From the NCBI GenBank assembly GCA_013265495.1, contig MU058636.1, forward strand, positions 620,001 to 684,000: a stretch of DNA of 64,000 nt, read 5' to 3'. Of this stretch, positions 54,412 through 64,000 are shown piece after piece. Source of the stretch: Vicugna vicugna. Taxonomy: Eukaryota. A program made the translations under genes and the position numbers. A model generated the notes under the pieces. The model made no database searches. It was given only the letters and a program-made list of their open reading frames with translations, and was not told the DNA's origin. Position 1 is the stretch's first letter. Every line of letters begins with the position of its first letter.

Positions 54412-54714
54412 TTTCTTGTTTCTGCTCCGTGCAGGGGGCAGAAGGGAGAAAGGCGCAGGGCTGGCTTCTCCCTTGGCCCCAGCTCCCCCTCCTCCTTAAG
54501 TTTAACCCCTGGCTGCCCTGACGAGGTCACAGCACCTTGTGCGTCATGCGAAAAATATTCCCCAACAAAGCGCTTTGCCTCCAGCTGTGAAACTGATTAG
54601 TGGCCTTAAAATCCCTGAAGAGTCTCTGCTGGCGGCTGTGGTTGCTATTTTAAACCTACAGAAGAAAAGAGCGTGTGAGGAAGGGAACTGTGGATGGCGT
54701 ACAGGAAAAAGCTA

Positions 54715-55023
54715 AAAAAAAAAGAACATAAATACAAAACAGAAACGACTCATAGACATAGAATACAAACTTGTGGTTGCCAAGGGGGCGGGGGGTGGGA
54801 AGGGACAGACTGGAAGTTCCAAATGTAGAATAGAGAAACAAGATTATACTGTATAGCACAGGGAAACATATACAAGATCTTGTGATAGCTCACAGAGAAA
54901 AAAAATGTGTGACAATGAATATATGTGTATGTTCATGTGTAACTGAAAAAGTGTGCTTTACACTGGATTTGACACAACACTGTAAAATGACTATAACTCA
55001 ATAAAAAATGTTAAAAAAAAAAA
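54715..55023 (+). mobile_element. Young L1 3' end
   Basis: aaacagaaacgactcatagacatagaatacaaacttgtggttgccaagggg...aaatgactataactcaataaaaaatgtt followed by poly(A). Confidence 0.88.
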
Positions 55024-55410
55024 CCTTTTTCCCTCCAAGTTAAGAACAGCACAGCCAGTAGAAGAAATGTGACATAACTTTACTTCTACGTCAGAGTTTT
55101 TGTTGGAATAGCCTAACAGTTAATTGTTACAAAGCTACTTCTGAAATCAGTATCAAGAAATTCCGCTGGTAGGGACTCAGACGGTGGGACAAGAAGAGAG
55201 AGGCAGCCGGCGCGGGTTCTGGGGGAGCTGTGCGCCTTGCTGAATGCCTGGCCAGGGCGAGCTGTCTGCAGGCATTAGGAACTCTGCCCGAAATACGGGA
55301 CGGAAATCAAAAGTGCCTGAAACAATAAACATGATGGGTTCAAGTGATTAGTCAGATCTGGATTTTTTTTTCCTCTGAATTCACTGCTCTCCATAAGAAT
55401 GAGTTTTAAT

Positions 55411-55511
55411 GAGGGAGGGTATAACTCAAGTGGTAGAGCGCATGCTTAGCATGCATGATGCATGAGGTCCTGGGGTCAATCCTCAGTACCTCCATTAGGA
55501 AAAAAAAAAAA
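55411..55511 (+). mobile_element. tRNA-derived SINE (short-tail form)
   Basis: ggagggtataactcaagtggtagagcgcatgcttagcatgc...ggtcctggggtcaatcctcagtacctcca followed by poly(A). Flanked by agttttaa repeats. Confidence 0.88.
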
Positions 55512-58479
55512 AGTTTTAAAGGTCCAGTTAAAACCTGTGGATCATTCACTGCTGAGGACATAAGGATGCTAAACCTGCAGAAAGGTTCCAGCCAGAACTT
55601 TGTTTATCCAACAAGCGTTTCTTGAGCATCTATTCTACGGAAGACGTGCAAGGCACTGGGAATACGGGTAAAAAGACACTTAGTCTATAGGATGGAGACA
55701 AGATGTGTGATGCTAAACAAAACCAGTTCAACCAGAGCTCAGAGGAGACTTCTAAGCTGAGTGAAGGAGGGAGACAGGGCCTCTCAGGCAGGAGGAGGGG
55801 CCTCTGCAAAGACAAACCGGTCTGAAAATGGACTGTGGGAAGTCCTGCCTGGAGGAGCCCTTGGAGAGGGGCTGGAGCCCTGGGCAGGGAGGAGAGGTCT
55901 CGGGACGGACTCCACAAGGGGCCAGCAGGCGGGCAGGGGCATTCGACTGTCGCTAGCAGAGTTGCCAAGGTTATGTCCTTGGATGATAACCCTACCAGGA
56001 GTCTGATGATGGTCTGGACAGGGAGAGAGGGCAGGGAATTTGACCAGAGACAAGAGCAGTAAACTCACATTTGTCATTTGTCTCCTGTTAGTTAGTTACG
56101 CAGTGTGTCCCAGTTGCTCCCACAACAAAGCTGCCTGCCTCCCCAGTCAGAGCAGGCAGACACTTCAGAATCTCTGAACGGGGCCAGCGTACAATTCACT
56201 GTGACAAGGTCACTGCCTATTTGGAAAATGAAACAACTACTTCTTTTGAAATTTCATTGAAATACCCTTCAAGAAGGGCCAGAAAAATTTATTTTTACTC
56301 ATTGGGCACATGGGGTTGAACATGTTGACACTACTGGCCCTAAGGCACCTTCTGTGAATTCATCCAGGGACTCACGTTCACTGAGCACCACAGGATGCCG
56401 ACCATCCACGTTTGTTTTGGTTACTGGTGGCTGTGTTCCCAGTTACTGTTTTCTAGGAAATACTTCCTACTCTGTGCACAAGGGTACCGTATTTTTTTTC
56501 TGAAGCCCCCTTTGATCACATCCTAATATTCTGATGGAGAAGGATGCTGCTTGACGCGGGAGGGGATGTACTTTCAGGCCTCGGCTACTGCCTTGGGAGC
56601 AAATCACATGGAACGGACAAATACTCATCTGCTGGCCCGCGTGTCTGATTTGCAGCGATTGTACAGGCAGCTCGATTTTCACCCAGTGCGGGGGGGGAGG
56701 GGGGAGTAAGCTCATAGCAGGAAAATAAACTGTGAAAAAACAATACAGGTCTCATAGGTGGAGAAGCTACAGATGTAACGTTGGAGGTAAGTGCGTTCTT
56801 TCCCCATAAACCCGGTAAAGAGCTGAGCAGAGGCAAGAGCTCTCTCACGCCCCCTGGTGTCTTTTGGTCTTACTTGCAGTATTCCAAAATTTCTGGATCA
56901 TTATTTCAGGAGAAAAGATCCCTAATTCCCTAGAACAGATTTTTCCCTAATTCAGGGCACATCCCATAACAGCAAATAAAGTTTAATTCCCCATCCTTCC
57001 TTATGAGATATTTTGTAACAACAACAACAAACAACAACAACAATAATAATATGAGAGACAGCAGGCCTGGTGTTTGCTGATGGCTGTGTAGAGCTGGGAA
57101 TTTTAAGTGTTGCTCTAAACTAGTTTAGATCTAAGACAGACCATCAAATAGGCAGCTATCAAGACCAACCAACAAAAAGAGGCCATTTAGGAAAGAAAAA
57201 AATCCCCTTTCAGAGAAATAATCAAAATCATGTGATTAGAAGAGTGAAGAGTGGTTTATAAATATCTGCTCTTACCACTTGTACTAGAAGCTTCAGAAAT
57301 CTGACAATTAAAATTTTTAAATAGCTAAAGAACCTGAACAAAATTAAAGGCCAGATAACAGACTTTGGGGAAGTATTATTCATGCATGTCATTTCTGGGG
57401 GGAGGAGGAAAGACTCTTACCTTACTTACTGCCTCCAGAGCCAAATCTCCATCTCCTTCAGCCTGAAGCCTGAGGCCCCAGCAGCACACCTGGTGCACAC
57501 TAGATCCCAGGAAAGCTTTGTTTTCGCACAGTTTGGACTGGCCAAGGCAAAATGACACAGTGCCAAAGAGGTCTCATAGATACAAAATAGTGATCACTTT
57601 GCTACATCACTAAGTAACCAGCAATGCAGTCAACAGCAGGCTGGACATCTCTGAGCAGAGGACCCCTCCTGTGCTGGGGTAGATTTACCAGGACTTGACC
57701 ACCCACTCCTCTAGGTTATTCCTACAAGAGTACCTGCCTGTTGGCACCTTACTCCTCTTCCCCAGGTCAGTCAACCTTCCACGTTCCCTACACCCAGTTA
57801 AAATCACAGGGCACTGCTTTTCAGAGAACAATGTGTGGTTGCTCAAAACCTTCATAAGGCTTAACAACTAACAAAACATATCTTACCATCATGAGGTTTC
57901 TGTTTTCAGAGCCTAACGAAAGACAGAAGAAAACTAATAGTGTCCCTTTGAATAATACCCCGAGGCGTGACTCAGTGAACCCAAAGAATCAGAAGGATCT
58001 GCTTGCATGGAAGTGGGAAGTCCACAGCCTTGTGTGTGATGTCCTCCTGGTCCAGGGAGAACATTTTCACACCAGTGCTTCTGCGCGCTTCATACAGGGG
58101 GCAGGTGAAAACGGGAGCCACTCCTTACTTTTTTTTCCAAAGTTAAATAAAATGTGAACGATGCCCAGTAAAAGAACCTCCAGCTATGCACACCAGCTGA
58201 ACCGAGGAACACCGCTTTAGGAACTGCAAATTGTTTTAGTTGTACTGTCAAAGGAGGGCAGCACGCTCCCCTCTGGCTAAATCCAAAAGCTTGCCTGCCC
58301 TAGAGTTTCCAGAATAACGTCGCCAGGGCCTTTCTCCGCCCTAAAAAGCCCAGAGGTTCAGTGTTCACTGCTGCGAACGCAACCAAGTGGCTTCCCCAAA
58401 ACAGGGGCTGACCCGCCAGCCAGGCCGCAGGGCCACCTGGACACTGAAACCCAAACATGTGAAAAATGTTCTTTCCGAG

Positions 58480-59350
58480 TTTGTCACCAGCCACGTGCCC
58501 ACGACGCGGGTTTCTCGGTCCTGGACGTCCTCACACAGCTCAGCCAGATCCGGGCGTCTAAGCAGCCGGGAAACTAACGCGGAAACGCACGCAGGCGGGA
58601 CCGGCCCGTGTGCCCGAGGCCCCCGCGCACGGTTCACGCGCACGTGCCGGGAGCTGTGCTCGCGTGCGCGTGGGCACCGCCGCGGAGCCGGTCGGGGACG
58701 CGGCCACGTGGGGGAACCGCGGCGGTTCGGCCGGGCCGCGAACCTGCGCTTCTGACAAGGCCGGGTGACGCCGCGGGCGTCGGGGGAGGGGGAGGAGGCG
58801 GCCCGAGGCGCGGAGGACGGTCCCCGCGGCGCGTCCTCGCCTTCGGGCTCGGCGGGGGCTCGGCGCGCTTCCCCCCTCAGCCGACGCTCACACCTCCGCA
58901 CGCACCCGCGCCCGCCTCCCCTCCGCTCGCCAACCGCTCGTGAGGAGGGCGCCGAGCCGGGGGAGGCGCCAGGTCCTGCCCCGCCCGCTCCCGCCGCTCC
59001 CGCGCCCGAGCGCCGGCCCGCCGAGCCCCGCCTGAGCCCGGCCCAGCTGCGCCCCGCGCCCCCGCCCCGCGCCCCGCACTCACCGGGGCTGGGAAAGCGA
59101 GCGGGAAGCCGCGACGCGGGGGGCTCAGCCGGAGCGGCGCGGGAGCTTCGGGCCGCTTCCTTCCCTCCGGGTGCGGCGTCGCCCGGTGGGCGTGAAGGGG
59201 GCGTCAGCGCGGCGCCCCCCGCCCCGCGGGACTCGGGCCTGCGCGGACGCCCGCGCCGTCCCGCGGGGCCTGGGTTCCCGGATCCCCAGCCGCCTGCAAA
59301 GAAACGCGGATTCCTAGCTGTTAAAGCTCCAGGGGCCTCGAGGGCAGCCT
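58480..59350. promoter_or_regulatory. Orphan CpG island, probable promoter / first exon of an unidentified minus-strand transcript
   Basis: Extremely GC- and CpG-rich. CACGTG at 58492, 58641 and 58705, plus multiple GC boxes. Minus-strand CCG|GTGAGT donor at 59084/59083. Confidence 0.75.
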
Positions 59351-61279
59351 CCTTGTTCTTCAGAAACACAGTTCTCAACAAGTGACTTGTGCAAGAGTAT
59401 CTTAATCAATTCTTGTTTGTTTTCAGTTTTCAGAGTACTGAATGTGGCTAATTTCTCTGGGCACACTTCGTAAATGTAAAACCTTTAGGACAACTGGACG
59501 AAATCCCAATCTGAGGGGGTAAAAAAACGAATTCAGGGAAAACCTGGTCTTGTGGTCGGTGTGCGACCATTTAATTTTTGGCGACTACTGCATGTCCTTC
59601 CACTGGGCTGGGGGTCAGTGGGGGACCACGTGCACAGGTCAGCAGAACGATGGAACGCCCAAGGCCGCTGTGGCTGTGGCTGGCCTGTGTGGAGAGGGCG
59701 TGGACCGACCACGGGTTCCATCTAGCGCCCTAGTGCTTAAGAAACCAAACAGCAACAACAGACAGTCTGAGCCACCAGCCCTGAGACACGCAGGCTGGCA
59801 GGAGACCACACATGTCTTTATTTAGTAAGTTCCTTTCCACCAGGAAGCCTCCAAAAGTCTTCCTGAGCAGAAATGAGGCTTCAACGGGCAAGGCTTTTGG
59901 AGAAAGAAATTTTAACAAATGACTTACATAGGGTAGTCCAGAGTGGGGCTGGTTTTTGCCTCAGGAAATCTTTTCTCAGTGAGCCTCAATGGCTGGGGAA
60001 AGGCTATTTTTCAGGGACTAGACAAGACTCTGTCAAAGTAAATTACACACTTAATTTTTCCCTCACCAGATTGAAACCTACATGATGTCAGGCAACTGGT
60101 TTTTCTTGTTTCCTGATGTCACCCGAGGGCCTAGCAAAATGTGTGGCATGTACTATCTGCACAATAAATACTAACACATGTAAGAGCATCAATGAACCTT
60201 AGAATGAGTCTGGCATTCCTGAAAATCACTCATGTAACCCACATGCCAGCCAAGGGCACCCTGTTTATTCCCATTTCAGTTGTATGCACTCAATCCCCTT
60301 CCACCCTCCTGACCCCGAGACACCTGCTCAACTGTCTCGTGGAAATGACCCGGGTCTTTTTCCATCTCTTTGTTCCACCGTCCTCTGAGGGCAGGCGTTG
60401 CCTCTGGGCCAGCTCCTCTCCTGCTCCTATGACCGCTGCACCAATTCCAGGCATCACATCCAACAGGGAAACCCACCAAAGCCACCTACTCTGGTCTTCT
60501 CGGTAGGAAAACGGTCTTTCCCAAAAGTGTCTTAGCAGAACTCCTCTCATCTCACTGGTGGGAATTCAGGCGTATGCCCACCTCTAAGCCAATCACAGAT
60601 GCGGGAATAGAACCACCATGACTGCTTGAAACCAAAAATAAGCTCCCCTCTGAGCGTAAGATAAAGAAAGATGGTTACCTGACAAAACCAGGGTTCTGTC
60701 AGCAAGCATGTAGTGGAGAGTGGGTGCTGGGTAGTCAGCCAGCAACGTCTGCAACAGTCATGTGTTCAGAAGAATGTGTGTTACCATGTATCGTGTGAAC
60801 AAGCAAGATAACAAGAGAGCTTTATTCTTAAGACTATTAATCCTCACTGTACCTGATAAATAATCTCCTACGCTGCAAGTGTGGGTTATGAAATTTAATG
60901 TTACCTGGCCGAGACTATGTCAGTAAAAGGCTGTTTAGTTATGCTATTAGTTGAAGCTCTTCAATATTAACTCTAACCATTTTATTCATATTTTAATTTA
61001 TTGCAATACTTATTGACTAATGTTCTTTCCTTAATGGAGATCAAAGTATTCAATTACAAAGCACTTTATGTAATTAGACTAAATAATTTCAAACAATGAG
61101 AAGAGGTGAAAGCCCTTTCTTATAACACTGAGATATTCCAGTTAAGGATTACACAAGGATTTACTTAAAGGGTGTTCAAAGCTCTATTGTTTACTTTGGT
61201 GAAGGGTTTTGCTGCAAACAACCTGAGTGTCCAGGTTAGAGGGCTGGGTAAATTGTGATACAGTCACACAATGAAATGG

Positions 61280-63370
61280 CATGACCTTCTTTTTGACTAT
61301 TTTTAGCATTTCATTTATCTCATCTACTAGTTTAGTAGACATACCATTTTGTTTAAGTTCTTAGTGGTTCTGGGATGAACAGTATACATCTTTCATTTAC
61401 CAGTCTACTTCTCAACAGTAGGACACTGCATAATATACAGTGTAAAACTGTGTAATAGTATACTCTCATTTCCTCCCTCCTTTACTTTGTGATTTTTTTT
61501 CTGGCTTTTCTAAGAAGTCAGTGGTCATTCCCAGTTTGTTTTTCCTTTGTTAGCTTTGTAATGTGATTTTTCCACCTTCTGGCTAATTTTAAAGTGTTTC
61601 TCTTTACCCTTGATTTTCAGCAAATTGATTATGGGATGTGTGTGTGTGTGTGTGTTTAGCATGCTGTGGGTTGGTTCTCTGATCATCATGCCTGGAAATA
61701 CTCTGCCTTTATTTCTTTAACCTTGTCTTCTGTCATTTTTCTATCTGCAACTCCAAGGCCTGCATAGAAGACTACTTGGTATCTCACAGGTAGCGGATGC
61801 TCCCTGCAGTTGTCGTCCAGCCTCCTTCCTCTTCGCATTTCATTTTGGATAGTTTCTATTGCTCTGTCTTCAAGTTCTTGTTTTTTATTTTGCAGTATCT
61901 AACCTGCTGCTAAGGTTATCCAGTGACTTTTTCATTTCATATATTGTATGTAGCAGCTCTGGGACTTTTATTTGGCTCTTTTTTTTTTAATGGTTTTCAT
62001 TTCTTTCCTCATTGTGTTCATGTCTTTAAATCATTAAACATTTGTGTAACAGCTGTTTAAAATCCGTGTGTATTAATTCCATCATTGCCGTCAGTTCTGG
62101 GTCTGCTTACATTGACTTACTTTTGTTCTGGTTCCGGGGATTAGATTTTCCTGCTTTGAATATCAAGTGTTTGGATGTTAGACACTGTGGCTGTTACATT
62201 GTTAAGGTATCTGAATTTTGTTTTCTTCCACTAGAGGTGGGTTTTTGGTTTTGTTTTTCTTTGCTTTTTCTTTTTTTGCAGGCAGTGAAATTAGCCGTGG
62301 ACCCCACTGACGCTTTAGAGGGTCGTTTCTAACCCTTGCCGAGACTAAGCCAAGCTTTGATGAAGTGAGATGAAGGCTTGGAGCAGCTCTGGCCCCAGTG
62401 CCAGCTTAGCCTCACCATCAGGTAGGCCCTTGGGGGTCTCTGCGGAGGATCTCAAGTGCTCACCAAGCTCTTTCCACCCTGCTTGGTTAAAACCTGAATC
62501 CTGCGGCAGCTCTGGGTACCGTTCAGCTCACATCCCTCTGGTAGTTTGTCTCTGCCAAATTCACCGAGGTTCACTCACCACATATGTAGGTTGTTACCAT
62601 CCAGCTGTTCTCTCTACAGTCTCCCTATAGAAATGTCTACAATCCCTTTCTCAAGAGTACTTTACCTGGCTAATTCCAACTGCCTCGGCCTCCCCAGACT
62701 TCAATCTCAGGGTCCTCAACTCAGTGAGAGTCCTGTGCTTTGCTTGGGTACCACTTCCCTGCACCATGGTCTGGAAAATGCCTCTGGACAGAAATCCTGG
62801 GCGATAATATGGCTTACTTTGTTTGCTTCCTTTATCTTAGGGATTATAGCCCTTTGCCTAATGTCTGAAAACTTTTTTTCATACATTTTCCCAGTTTTCT
62901 AATCGTTTTAAGCAGGAGAGCAAGCCTAGCATTAGTCACTACGTTATGACTGGAAGTAGAATCTCCCTGGAAATTTTTGTAAATAGCTCAATTGAAATTT
63001 AATCACCAATTCATCCATTTAAAGTGTTTAATGGTTTTCAATATATTCACAAATATGTGCAACTATGACTACAATTTTTTAATATGTTCATTGACTGAAA
63101 AAGAAACTTGTGTCCTTGAGCTATTAACCTTTGACCCCTTCATTTTTCCACCAGCCCTGAGCAGCCTCTAATTGACTTTATATCTGTAGATTTGCTTATG
63201 AATTTCTCGGGAATGGAACCATATTGTATGCGGCCCCTCATGACTGTCTTTTTCACTCTGCACACATAATGTTGTGCAGGTTGATCCACGTGGTGCGTGT
63301 CTCATCCTTTAATAGCTGAACAGCTCGCCATCGTGTGGACAGCCCACATTCCGTGTACCCATGTGTGGGT
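61280..63370 (-). mobile_element. Patchwork of ancient L1 fragments
   Basis: T-rich antisense L1-like text (ttttggatagtttctattgctctgtcttcaagttc; ttcatccatttaaagtgt...ggttttcaatatattcaca). Highly degenerate. Confidence 0.6.
61637..61655. repeat. (TG)n microsatellite
   Basis: Read directly. Confidence 0.9.
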
Positions 63371-64000
63371 AACTTTCTGAGATTTTAACTGGTCTTTCTC
63401 CCAATGTTTTCCTTGTTGCCTTATTTCCCCTCAAACAAGTATCAGGCTTTTTAGTTCATTTCCTCAAAGGAGTCACTTGGCAGCACAGAAAATAGAGGCC
63501 GCCTTCAAGAATCCTCCATCTTTGCTTTTAAAAACTAAGTAGAATTTGGTCTGAGAAAGGGGGCTCCACCCTGGACGAGAGGAGGGGTATGAAAGACATC
63601 TCCTTGTTCCTGCAAAGTGCACGGGGGAGACGATGTCTTCCAGGAGAGGAGTGACTTTGCTGGGGACGTTAGACCACAGGCGTAGGGATTCCAGCCTCCC
63701 CCGAGGGTTCCAGTTCCCCATACCTGACACAGAGCATCATAAAGTTGCCAGACCAAAGGAAACCATGTGTCTTAATGGTGACCTCTGTGGGCAGATGACA
63801 GAAGAATGGAGCTTCCCAGCGCTTCACAGCGTCCAAAACCCTGGAAAGGTGGTGCACACCTAAGGCAGAGCCACAGGGGTGACTGGTGCTGATTCTCCAC
63901 CAGCCCTAATGTGGGGGGGTCAGAGGGAGGTTAATGAGTTATGGCAATTCTTCCACACCTGGTTTTGAGGCCCAAGATTAGTCTATGCTGCACTCACTGT

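Noticed and set aside
40400..58400. RNF6 (a neighbour of SHISA2 in human) as owner of the 59-kb island
   Set aside because: No RNF6-like coding sequence or RING-domain exon is visible on the minus strand in this interval.
58365..59385. 338-aa and 206-aa ORFs in the orphan CpG island
   Set aside because: Same GC artefact, with non-ATG starts.

Overview
Mammalian genomic DNA, most likely camelid, inferred from a tRNA-derived SINE family with at least seven copies. The window holds the last two coding exons and long 3' UTR of ATP8A2 (+ strand). It also holds the complete two-exon SHISA2 gene (- strand, 294 aa), which is convergent with ATP8A2 and has a CpG-island promoter. The rest is repeat-rich intronic/intergenic DNA: L1 3' fragments, SINEs with target-site duplications (TSDs), MaLR/ERV LTRs, MER58, MIR and minisatellites. 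I see no convincing new protein-coding system, and most ORF-track entries are GC-rich or repeat-derived artefacts. The best leads are: (1) a CpG island at ~27.05-27.85 kb that appears to be built from old AT-rich transposon sequence by directional AT->GC substitution; (2) an orphan CpG island at ~58.5-59.35 kb with a strong minus-strand splice donor; (3) three uORFs in the inferred SHISA2 leader; (4) an antisense SINE in the SHISA2 intron that creates a cryptic acceptor. Repeat family names come from recalled consensus similarity, and their boundaries are approximate.
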